From Macrostomum lignano (lineage: Eukaryota): 52,106 nt of DNA. Both the position numbers and the translations under genes were made by a program. The notes below the pieces were generated by a model, which saw only the letters and a list, made by a program, of their open reading frames with translations, searched no databases and was not told the DNA's origin. Of this stretch, positions 37,605-50,000 are shown one piece after another; position 1 is the first letter of the stretch; every line of letters begins with the position of its first letter. The stretch lies in NCBI GenBank assembly GCA_002269645.1, contig NIVC01004275.1, positions 1-52,106 of the forward strand, written 5' to 3'.

Positions 37605-37641
37605 TTCTGTCTGTCTGTCTGTCTGTGTGTCTGTCTGTCTC

Positions 37642-37682
<41 letters not shown>

Positions 37683-37683
37683 G

Positions 37684-37714
<31 letters not shown>

Positions 37715-37821
37715 GTGTCTGTCTGTCTCTTTGTCTGTCTGTCCGTCTGTCTGTGTGTCTCTCTGTCTGTCTGTCTGTGTGTCTGTCTGTCTTTCTGTCT
37801 GTCTGTGTGTCTGTCTGTCTC

Positions 37822-37884
<63 letters not shown>

Positions 37885-37921
37885 TTCTGTCTGTCTGTCT
37901 GTCTGTGTGTCTGTCTGTCTC

Positions 37922-37980
<59 letters not shown>

Positions 37981-38045
37981 TTCTGTCTGTCTCTCTGTCT
38001 GTCCGTCTGTCTGTCTGTCTGTTTATATTTCTGTATCTGTCTGTC
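37441..38045. repeat. (CTGT)n microsatellite, ~600 bp
   Basis: Near-pure tetranucleotide run. Confidence 0.99.
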
Positions 38046-39816
38046 CTGTCCGCCTTGTCATAAATCCGTATAATACAGTGGCTTGGTATCTCTACATTAT
38101 TCTATCCTATCCAGCATAATAATAAATTAATGGTCTTTAGTTTAGGCCGACAAAATGCGCACTTTATTTGGTGACTTAACTCAACTTCTGTCTCAGTTTT
38201 ACTTGTGTCAATGCTGCAGATGCTGTGTCGCTGCCCTGATAAAGCTAGCTTAGCTAGCATTTAATAACACCACTCCGCCCCCGGTACCCACTTGCAGGTG
38301 GAGACAAACGAAAGCCACTACGGAGACAGCGACTCTCGACAGCCTCTGCTAAATTTTCAATCGCGTGATAGCAGAACAAACTAGATGATATGTTTATTCA
38401 CTATCTAGTTCGCTGCTGCACTACTTACTTGCTTACAAAAAGTAGTGCTTAGTGCGCGTTACTCTTATTTTCCGCTTTATTTCCAATAGTCAGAAACGTA
38501 ATATTTTTAATTCTACGAGCCTTATATTACTATTATATTATTATTGCCCAGCGAATAGTGTCTGCCGTGTTTTTTATAGTTTAATTATGCATTATAGTTT
38601 TTTGAGTAATTAAAATGATTTATTTATCCAATCTAAACTTGCCTTAATCGTCGGCGCCTAAAAGTACATTTTTGTCCAACTTCACTCATTCATTTTTTTC
38701 ATTTTTTATCTTTAGATCATTAGAAGTAATGTATAATTTATTCTTTCTTCGACGTATTGATATTAGATATTGCTTGAACAATTATATAAAAATGTTGTAT
38801 CGTGTTTCCCTAAGTACTTTGTTACTGTTATCGATAATATTATCCTATTGTCCGGATTTGAACACAGGACTTTTTAATGATTAAAATACATAATAAATAA
38901 ATGTTTAAAAGTAGTAAAATCAGCTACAATTGAAGGTGTTAAACAATAATTTTATTTATTTGCCTGTTGCAAGCGATTGATCAAAGTAGAATTTTGTTTA
39001 AATTTGAAACAAAATGGCTTAGTTTTAACAAATATTAATTTGGATAATTTCAAAGCTAAGAGATTCGGGATAAAAAAGATCTGAGTACATGTGGGTTAGA
39101 TTAAGGCTTAAATATACGTAACTGAAGCAAAAATTACAGTATTTTAGATTACAGTATATTTAATAAAGAAGTGTTGTCGAATTTTTAGCTTTTGAGGTAT
39201 TTTCAGATTTTATTTATTATAAAATATTTTAGCCATAATAGGTTTTTGACGTCAATGCGTTCATCAATATTTTGTTTGAATTGTTCAAATTTTGCTCATT
39301 GTAGCTAAAAATTCATTCACAAGTTTCAGTAGCCGTTCTGGATAAATATTTGGCCAATACAATAAGGATAAGTTGTGTTTAAACGGAAGCAAAAATCTAT
39401 TCATTTCTACTGCAAGTACTGAGCATGGCATTTGTTTTCAAAAAAAGCTTTGAGGTTCTACCGGATCGAAATGTAAAAGCTGATGTCAGTTGTGGAGTAA
39501 AATAGTCCGAGTTTTGGCTAAAAGTTCACAGTCAGGTCTGTTCCATGCTTTCTCCGATTGAGATGAACACTTCAGAATTGCGACTGCAGATAGTCCTGAA
39601 ATTTAGGTGGATTATTGCACTAATGATGAAAAGCGTTAAATGGCCTAACTTGTACATTACTTGGCTTGTTTCGTTACGCGCTTATGATAGTCGCTTTGAG
39701 AGTTTAATCGGGTGACTCAAGGAGTCTACGAATAATCTACCTGCTGTACCAGCCACGACCACTTCTGCTTAATTATCAGCGCTGATCCGTCGTCTGTCTC
39801 ATCCATAGTTACATTT

Positions 39817-40183
39817 TTTTATTTTTTTTATTAGAGGCAGGGGGTTGTGTGCACCCTGGCGCACTTTAAGCGACATTGGCACACAACCGCGAGAGGCATT
39901 ACTGCCCATTCCGCCGACTCCCCTGAGCAGGCATACAAGCGCGCGGATACGTACGCAGGCACACACTCACACAGGAGTGTACAACGGCCCTAACTTTATA
40001 TTATCGTTAGGCATGTACACTTCACTGCGCCTTGGGGGGTTGGCTCTCAAGGCCGTTAATTGCACGAGCAGAGCCAAGCCGAGATTCCAATTCAGCCCCA
40101 AATTAATGTGACTGCACTTGGAATCGAGCCTGGGTCGCTGGCACACCAGAGCAGCTGCGCTACCGCTGGGCTACGGCCCCCCT
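39817..40183 (-). mobile_element. Full-length tRNA-derived SINE with TSD and A-rich tail
   Basis: A box TAGCCCAGCGG (40173-40163) and B box GGCTCGATTCC (40130-40120). A-rich tail at ~39817-39832. 12-bp TSD ATAGTTACATTT (39805-39816 and 40184-40195). Confidence 0.9.
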
Positions 40184-40195
40184 ATAGTTACATTT

Positions 40196-40985
40196 ACATG
40201 TAGCTAATGTGTGATCATTGCATGTAGCTAATGTGTGATCATTACATGTAGCTAATGTGTGATCATTGCATGTAGCTAATGTGTGATCATTGCATGTAGC
40301 TAATGTGTGATCATTACATGTAGCTAATGTGTGATCATTGCATGTAGCTAATGTGTGATCATTGCATGTAGCTAATGTGTGATCATTGCATGTAGCTAAT
40401 GTGTGATCATTACATGTAGCTAATGTTGTTTGATCATTACATGTAGCTAATGTGTGATCATTGCATGTAGCTAATGTGTGATCATTATATGTAGCTAATG
40501 TGTGATCATTACATGTAGCTAATGTGTGATCATTGCATGTAGCTAATGTGTGATCATTGCATGTAGCTAATGTGTGATCATTGCATGTAGCTAATGTGTG
40601 ATCATTGCATGTAGCTAATGTGTGATCATTGCATGTAGCTAATGTGTGATCATTGCATGTAGCTAATGTGTGATCATTACATGTAGCTAATTTGTTTGAT
40701 CATTACATGTAGCTAATGTGTGATCATTGCATGTAGCTAATGTGTGATCATTATATGTAGCTAATGTGTGATCATTACATGTAGCTAATGTGTGATCATT
40801 GCATGTAGCTAATGTGTGATCATTGCATGTAGCTAATGTGTGATCATTGCATGTAGCTAATGTGTGATCATTGCATGTAGCTAATGTGTGATCATTGCAT
40901 GTAGCTAATGTGTGATCATTGCATGTAGCTAATGTGTGATCATTGCATGTAGCTAATGTGTGATCATTGCATGTAGCTATTGTAT
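40196..40985. repeat. 24-bp minisatellite (T(G/A)CATGTAGCTAATGTGTGATCAT), ~33 copies
   Basis: Unit visible directly. Variant TTATAT recurs at 40485 and 40751 (~11-unit duplication). Confidence 0.97.
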
Positions 40986-41042
40986 AATCATCACATGTAA
41001 CTTGCATTACACATACCTACTGTACATGCGGAAAACTAGCAA

Positions 41043-44000
41043 TTAATCAAGTGCTGCTTCACTCACTGAGTGCATGTAGCTGCGCTTAGCAGACGAGCCC
41101 ATGCTGTGGCGCAGCTCCGGCTGGTCGGTGACGTCACCCTGGTAGCCGCTGTTGGTCTTGCTGATGGTGGACATCACCTCCGCCGCGTACGGGTTGTTGT
41201 ACACCGTGTAGGTGGCGCTCGGATTGGCGCCTTGGTTCTTCTTCACGCAGTAAACGGCGACGGCGATGATGGCGGCGATGGCCACGACTGAGCAGGAGAC
41301 GGCAATCGCCACGATGGCGCCGGTCGATAGGCCACTGCCGCCGGTGTACACCTCGCAGTTTGAGCCGCTGTAGTTCGGCGCGCATTTGCAGTTGAAATAT
41401 TCGCCTTCGAAGTTCGGCTTACGACAAGGACACTCAAAGAAGTCAGCCGTGTCCTTGCAGACTGTGTTCGGGCTGCAGAACCAGGTCCAGACGACCGAGG
41501 CGCACTCATCAACTGTGCCCCGTACGCACTGGGAGATCGCCACTGCGCCAGTGGACACTGTGGTGTTGCCGCGGCCGCAGTGCAGGCATCGGGTCTGGCC
41601 GGCGGTCGGCTGGAAGGTGCCTAGCGGGCACTGCGAGCAGGTGTTGGAGCCGGTTCGGTAGCTGCCCGGCGAGCAGAGCACCACGCTGCACTTGGCAACA
41701 GAGTCGCTGCCCTCCGTAGGCGTTGTGTATCCGGACGGGCAGGCCTGGCAGCTGGTGATGTTGGGATTGTTCTCTCTGTAGTAACCGACAGGGCAAGGCC
41801 TGCAGGTGCCATCGGCGCCCAGCTGTTGACCGGCGGGGCATTCACGGCAGCCAGAGCTGCTGGAGGTCCCGGAGGAGGCGGCGGTGCCCAGCGGGCAGGC
41901 CCAGCACTGAGCCATGCCGGCAGTGTTGGAGTAGGTTCCGTTTGGGCAGCTCTGGCAGCTGCCCAGAGTTTCGTTCATGAACTGGCCGGCCGGGCAGATT
42001 AAATAACACATGGTGCCATCCGAAGCACCAACTCCGGGCGTTGTTCTTCCGGATGGACAACTGGCGCAGGCTGAGGAGCCGGACACTGACGTGTACTGGC
42101 CCACAGGGCATGGTACGCACTCGTTCGACACAGTGGTAGCGTATGTGCCGGCTGGACACAGTACACACGAGGTGCCCGAGAGGATCTGGCCTGCTGGGCA
42201 CGAGCTGGTGATCGTGGGACAGGAGCCAGTCATAGTTGTGCCGCCGTAGGAGACCGAGCCTCTCTTGAGGTTGGAGCAGAGGGTGGTGATTCCGCCGGAG
42301 CTGGGGATTGAATAGGACACGCTGGCTGAGCTTCCAGTCTGTCGGCGGCGGCGGCGGCCAACGCTGACCACGCAGGAGACGCTGAAGTCATTCTCCGTGC
42401 ACGTCTGGCAGAGATTCAACGAATTGAAGTAGTTGATCATCCGCTGTATGAGAGCACTGCGACTGGCAGCATCGCAGGTGTCGATGGCGGCCGAGAGGTT
42501 GCCGGAAGCTCGGCTGGTCGGCGCGTCGCCGAGGAACTCGCAGCCAGGCAAGGTGTAGGGCTGCTGCACGACCGGCGGGAACCAGCTGCCTGTGCGGTCG
42601 CAGTAGTAGAATGGCGGCAGCGGCTGCCCACCAACTGGGGCCAAACGTGTGCGGCCCTCGTCTGTGTTGGGGTGAGTTAAGCACTTTTAATAGAGGAGGT
42701 TACACTTTTATTTTTATCGTATATTACTTAAAATAGACAGTTCATAGATGACTACATACCACGGCAAAGCAGCTTGCAGTAGCTTCCGTACGGCGTGGAA
42801 GCGCAGATGGAGAATGTCCTGTCGTTCGGCATCACCAGAGCCTCGCAGCGGTAGCCTGTTGGAGTGATTTTTTGAGTAGAAATTATTCAATCATCATATT
42901 CAATTACCCAAACGTCTTTTCGGTGCACACTCACGCGAAACGTAGATACTAAATTCGCAAATTCGGTTGTTTCCACTCGGGTCAGTCGCTGTGTAGACGG
43001 CTTTGTACTCGCCCCAGGCTAGGACAGTACCGCTGACGATACTCTTAGTCACTACGAAGGAGCCGCTGTTGTCAGCAAACTCGGGCTCTCTAAAGATTAC
43101 AGTTGTCATGCGGTTTCCAGTGCTGATTACGCTGATGTAGTTCGGGCAGTACAGAATCCTTGGCGGCTCAGTGTCTCTCAGCTCCGAGCAAGACGGGCCC
43201 GTGAAGCTGTCGGAGCAGGTGTTTGTCTGGCACACCGACGGATTGCGGCGCTCGTAGCCGTCAGCCAAGGCACCTGTTCCCAGATGTCGGTAGCTAATCA
43301 GATCACCGGAGAGGACCCTGGCAGCTGTGCAGTTCCTGGCGATCTGGTCCAATATCACCGCCTCTGCGGCCGTGAAGGTATTGGAGAACAAATTTACCTG
43401 CGAGTAGTCGCCTGTGAAGCCACCGTCTTGGCCACCTAGTTGAAGAACAGCGCCTGAAAGATTGATTGAGGCGGCAGCAGCGGGCAGGTTAACGACTGGC
43501 AGCGCCGATCCGTTGATGTAAATGACCAGCCGTGAGTTGTTCAACGTCAGCACCAGACTGGTCCAATAGCCAGTGTTCACGCTGGCAGACTGGCTGGCGC
43601 TGGCTGAGCCGACGTCCGTATTGTTGAATAATACTCCAGTTGTGTTCCACTGGAAGATTGTCGCCGAACCCCTATCAGGTTGGTTGGAAGATACATGTAG
43701 TTTCACTACTTTAATCTTATTGAGGTTCATGTAATATATAAAAAACAAGAACTAGCCACAGCTTACCTGGCAAGACGTAGCATCTCTCCAGCGTAGAGCT
43801 GAGAAGTTGGTCTTACGTAGGCTGTAAGAGTAAGCCTTTCGTACGCTGTTGAAGATCCGTTGTTTGCAACGCTGACACTCAGTGCTTGGCGAGAGACGCC
43901 AGTGGGCACAGCGCTGATATCAAAGCTCTCAGTTGCCGATCCACCACCTGTTTCAAATTTTTTATTTAAAAACGGGTTAAATACCGGAAAAGTCCGGATA

Positions 44001-47000
44001 GATCATATTGAATCAGCATGCTGCATAAAATTTCGTGCGTACCTTTCTCGCAACGGTCCCCATAGAATGCAGGTGTGCAAGAACAAGTAAAGCTATTGAT
44101 GCCATCAACGCACGTGCCACCGTTCTGACAGGCGTTGCTGGAACTGTTGGCTGGACAGTCGTTGATGTTACTTTCGCACCTGACGCCATTAAAACCTGTG
44201 CCTGTGCAATTGCAAGAGGCATTGCGATACTCAGCACTGCTGATGCATGTTCCGCCGTTCAAGCATTTCAGGCTGAGACAGTAGTTAGGAGCAATTTCGC
44301 ATGTATCGCCGGTGAAATCGTCGACGCAGGAGCAGTTGAAACCATTCAGTTCGTTTGTGCAGACACCTCCGTTTAGGCAAGGCTTGCTAGCGCAGTTGTC
44401 CACCAGCTCGGAGCAGTTCTGACCAGTCCAGCCGGCGCTGCAATTCACGCACATGTAGCTGCCATCGGATGTTGTCACGCATGTGCCGTTGTTCTCGCAG
44501 GCATTTGAGCTCATTGCTGCGCAAGCGTCACCCAACTGGTCGCAGTTAGTCCCATTCCATCCCTCGCTACAAGTGCAGGTGTAAGAATTAACACCGTCCG
44601 CGCAGAAGCCGTTGACGCAAGGATTGCTCATGCAGTCATCGATATTCTCTTCGCAACGCGGTCCGCTGAAGCCGGTAGCGCAGTCGCAGAAGGCGGTGCC
44701 AGAACCTCCCTCGTCGTATTTGTATCGGCAAGTTCCACCGTTCTTGCATTCGAAGTCAACACACGGATTGCTGGCAACGCTGCAATTGGTACCCGACCAA
44801 CCCGGCAGACACTTGCACTCGTACTCGGTGCCGTTGGTCCACTCGCAGGGTCCGTTCGTGTTGCTTGCCACGCACGGGTTTGCATCGCACGGATTCATGC
44901 GAACTTCACAGGTGAAACCGCTGTAGCCTGGCACGCACCGACAGGTGAAATTGTCGACGCCTTCTAGGTTGACGCAGGTCGCGCCGTTCAGGCACGGGTT
45001 GCTGTCACAGTTGTTGGTCTGGTTTGTGCAGTTCATTCCTGTGAATGGCGCTCTACACTGGCATTCGTATCCGTTGAAGATATTGACCACTGTGCCGCCG
45101 TTTTGGCACGGGTTAGGTCCCTTAGATTCGTCAATGTCGAGTTCGCAGCTGTCGCCAGTGAGACCAGGTGGGCAGGTGCAGCTACGGGTGGTGCCGGAAG
45201 CTGAGCATGTGCCACCATTTTCACAAGGCCGAAGGTCGCAAGGGCTCATTCTGATGGCGCAATCAGGCAACAGAAAGTCTCCACTGCAGGCGCACGTGTA
45301 ACCGCGTGGAGCTGCTTTGTCCTGCGTGCAGTTGCCCTGGTTTAGGTTATTGCTGCATAGGGAAGTGTTCGTGCATGGGTCATCCGACTCGGTGCAGTTG
45401 ACACCACTGTATCCATGAGCGCAGTGACAGCGATAAGAATTAAAGCCGGAGATGCACTTTCCGTTGACGCAAGGACTCTCCTCATCACAAATGTCGCGTT
45501 CCCGTTCGCAATTGGCGCCAGTGTAGCCCTCCTTGCAACTGCAGGAGTAGCCTCCCACCAGGTCGTTGCATTCGCCGTCATTCTGGCACGGATCGGTGCT
45601 GCAGTCGTCGAAGTTATTCTCGCATTGCATTCCGTAATAGCCCGTGTCAGCGCAATTGCAAGTGTAGAATGTGAAGTTATTGATGCAGCGACCGCCGTTC
45701 AAGCAAGGGGAGCCATCGCATTGGTTGATTGTTTGGCAGGCGCCCTCGTTGTCGGCTCCAATGGCCGCGGTGGCAAGTTTTTCTGGGCACGTGTTGCAGG
45801 ACACCTGACCTGTGAGGTTCTGCCAGGTGTTACGGGGACACGGTTGGCACAGATTGTCCGTCACGTTGACACCGTTGGCCTTTCCGAACTGGCCAGCTGG
45901 GCAGAGGGCTCCGCACATGCTCACGTTCGAGGTTCCGACGCTGGGCGTGGTGTCACCGTCAGTCGGACAGGCCATGCAAGCAGTCGAACCGTTGCTGCTG
46001 CTGTAAGAGCCTTGCATGCACGGCTGGCAGGGCTCAAGTCCCGAATCTGAGTAGAAGCCAGGCTTGCAGAGAGGCCTGCACATCGCGGCAGAGATGGATC
46101 CGTTTCTATAAGTTCCAGTGCCATTCGGACACTTCTCACACATCGAAGCCTTTCCGGACTTGTCCTGATAGTAGTTTTGGGGGCAGATAACGCAGCTATT
46201 GTTTTTCTGAACGCTTCCAGGCGGGCACATCACTGCGGGCGCGTAGAGAATTATGCGTAAGAATTCATTCATATTTTTTAATTCATATTCCGAATATCGT
46301 AGGTTTTAAAACCACACTTACAGCAAATTTCGACTGTGCTGCTGACGTTGACCTTGACACTTCCAGATGGACACCTGTACATCGGCATTGCAGTGCGCTG
46401 CAAAGCAGGCCCGCTGGTAGTGTTGCATGAAGCAACTGTGCTGTTAATTTTCAGGTTCAGGGCGCCAATTCTTCTGGCGGCAGATGACAAGCAGTTGCTC
46501 ATTGAGCCAAAATCGACGGAACTAGAGTTGAATTTCAGGAACAGAGAGAAGTCGATCGATTCCTAAAAAGCGTCGATTGCATGCAATTTTCTACACGTGT
46601 TTCTCTGCATTTGCAAGAATAACAAAAACGGTTTACAATAAAATAAATAATCGCATATCAGCCATTTCGCATTATCGTATGCCGACTTACTTTCTTAAGG
46701 TTGACGATCTTTAGTCCAAATGTCATCACGTTCGTAAAACCGCAGGATATGTCCTTCAGAACCGATAGGTCGAAACTGAAGCTTTCTTTTTCTGCGTCGC
46801 CACACTTGCTTGAGGCAGGTCGGTAGGTGGCGTTGAAGTCCAGAGCCAAGTAGCCGAAGACAGCTGAACGTTAGCAGAAAAGCATTGTTATCATGTGTTA
46901 GAACTATAGGATTTGTAATAACTCATGAGTCATGGCGAGAACTTACGTGAGCACTCAGGCACATAGTAGACTTTGTTATTCATGTACTCCCAAGACGAGT

Positions 47001-50000
47001 TGCCTGTGCAGGTAACACCGATCTTGTCTGTGCCAGTCAGGGCAGAAAGTTGGCCAGCCGGACAGCTGACATTACAATCCGTCCGATTCGTAGTCGAGGA
47101 GCACACTGACTTGTAGGTCGTTGAGTTTCGCACTGGTATCGTCTGGCTGTTACAGAAGCGAGCTGAAAGCATTTTAGTTTTGCGGTCAGAATTTCTTTAA
47201 GTTTATACAGACAATAGCGAGAAAATTCATATTTTTAGTAGACACTTACAGCGAACCAAGAAGATAAAGTGACAGCTGGCATTATTCTTGGCGTTGTCCA
47301 TGACTACGAACTGCACCAAATAGTTCGCACCGAACCTGACTGTATCTTTCGGCTTCACACCACGATACTCGGCCAGCGCGATGCCGCTAAAGTCGCTGTA
47401 AGTAATGTTAGGTAGTTCTGCCGTTACGTTTTCTGTCACTGTGCTCACGTACTGGTACACCTCGCTTGGTGGGCAGGTGACTTTCGGCGGCGTTCTGTCT
47501 ACGAGTTGAACCTGAATGCTGCAATTTCCTTTGTTTCCGGCGGCGTCAGTGGCGGTGTAGTTAACCATAACGCTGCTAGTAAGCGGATTGAAGCGACTTA
47601 AACTGCTGGGCTGCACCTCGACAGTTGGCATTTGGCCAGAATTATCCATAACGTTTGGCTTAGTGAGGGACTCGGGCGGAATCACGGCGGGTCCCAGCTC
47701 GAGCTGCAGCAGCGCCGGGCAGTAGCCAAACTTGGGCGGAGCAATATCGTCGCAAGTTGGCGGTGCCGTTGTCCACTGGCCCTCCGTTGACAACAACAGA
47801 GCAGATGACGTGTTGATGGCAGACACTGTGACCCAAGTAGATGTTGAGAACGCTTTCTGCAGCCTAGCGAGCCTAGCTGACTCTTCGTTCGAGCTGATTT
47901 CAATGTTAAACTGTGCCAGGGTGCTCGAGAGACTTGATGGCCTCGGTGACGGCGTGTCCCTTCGCCTGCGACTCTTTGCTGTGAAAGCGGTTTAAATGGA
48001 GTTTAAACTAGCGATACGAATAAAAAGCAAGGGAATTGTAATGCGATTGCTGATGGAGAAAAATAGTATATATACTACTAATAAGACCAACTGTCGGGAC
48101 TGTAATATGCTAAATTCTTAAACAAAACATTTCTCTCAAAGCAGGAGCACTTACTCGGTGAGCAGCAGTAGGAGTCCTCCGAGCTGGCTGTACCACTTGG
48201 ACAGCTCTTCGTTATCTCAGGCAGCTGAACGTTCTTGACTTCAAAATTATTCGAAACTGCGCAAGCGATCGAGGTTTTGACCTGATCAAATGCACGCTGG
48301 ACCACGTCTGCCGCCTCACTGGTGTTGAAAGCCGCATCAAATCTCGCAGTGGCATTGCAAGACACAGCAATTGGCATGAAGTCGAATCTGAAGCTACTTC
48401 CAGAGATTTGTGTTCTAGAGCTGACACGCGCTACCAGCGAAGGCAGAAGAGCAGCCAGTTGAAGGCTTGCATTGCGGCCAAACGTGTGAATTGTCGCATT
48501 CGAACAGCTTAAACTAGCCGTCGTCGAGCTGAACTCTCCAACGTACGAGAAGGTGACAGAACCAGGCGAAGGTTGCGGCTCGAGTGGCTCGTATACAACT
48601 GGCTGAGGGCACAGAAACTGGGAGCAGCAAAAGCTGGCCAAGGCTCCTGTAAGCGATGCACTGCCACAGCTGCTGGCCAGAGATGTTGTTGCAACACTAT
48701 CAAAGCAACTGGCCGATGGCAGATTCTTAAAGAGTGCCGACGTATTGGTCACAATTCGGACCATTTGAGCGATGCAACTCGCCGCAGACGAAGCCGACAG
48801 ATAATAGGCTATTCTCAACTCACCTCGTTTCTGCAAAGTTTTTATTATGTTTTTAAGTTATTTTCAGACTTTGATACATATGCATTCTGGTTAAAATCTG
48901 ATCGTCCAAGAACTTACCGTCGTGGGGTTAAAAGACAGATAAATCCGCACTTTTGACGCTGAGCAGCCCAATGAAGGAAGCCATGAGGCGTTGAGCTGTG
49001 AAACCAAGTTATTTATGTCACAAGACGCGTCGCTCTTCCAGGCAAACCTGTGCGTTGAGACAAGCAACACCTGACCACTGAAGACCGTGGACACTCCAGA
49101 GTAGAAAGCGGCATCCACTGATTGAAGGGCAATGCGAACAGACCCCGCAGCCGTGACTTTGAATGTGATTTTCAGAGCGAGTCCTTGCGCTGCTGCCAAA
49201 GTAGCCATGGAAACTTTGGTAACACCTTTGCCATCTGCCGTTGCAGTCAAGTTAAGATCCGAAAATGTGCTACCGTCGTTACTCTTGGACACAGATACTA
49301 CTGACTGAACCACCGATGAGTAAAGTGTCAGCTCAAGAAATCTCTGGATTTTGATGAATCGCAGTGTGACTACATAGTCGCCAGTCTTCGACAGTGTCAA
49401 CCCGGTGCTTAGTACCGCACCGCTCAGTCCAGTCAAAGGAGCGCCGGATGGATCAGTGCCTTCGGCTGCTTGTAGATCGACTGCGCCCGCCAGCGTATCG
49501 TTGATGGCGGGAGGAGGAGCTTCCGTGCCTGGCATTGGGGCTGTCGTTGGCGCTTCTGTGGTGTTAACCTTGATCGTTGTAGTCGGCGTGGGTACTACTG
49601 GTGGTGCTAAAAGTTAGAAAAATTATTGATTTGTTTCTCGGACAAGAACGAGATTAACTAAAATAAATCACAGTTACTAGATACAAACTACACTTAATGC
49701 GTACCTGACATGCAGCAGACTTTTCCGGTCTCTGTTTTACCATCAATGCATCTCACCGACACTACGGGCATAGCAATACTCGACACTTGGTAATTATCGG
49801 TTCGTGCACATTCTTTGCTGGTTTTTACTTCGTTAAGAACAGTTTGAAGCAGCGAAATAGTTGTTGGTGTGTTAACGGCAGCAAAGATTTTCGCTCTATC
49901 GCTGCACGACTCAGTAGCAGGCATGATATCAACCTTGAAGACGTTGCTAGAGACGTTCGTGCGAATACTGATTCGAGTTCTCGCAACCACTCCAGATATC

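Noticed and set aside
37353-38119. Long LSVC-repeat ORFs
   Set aside because: (CTGT)n microsatellite.
40100-40182. tRNA gene
   Set aside because: A and B boxes are present but there is no full cloverleaf; it is the head of a TSD-flanked SINE.
41170-41210. NPxY endocytic motif in the cytoplasmic tail
   Set aside because: The sequence is YNNPYA, which lacks the N-P-x-Y spacing.
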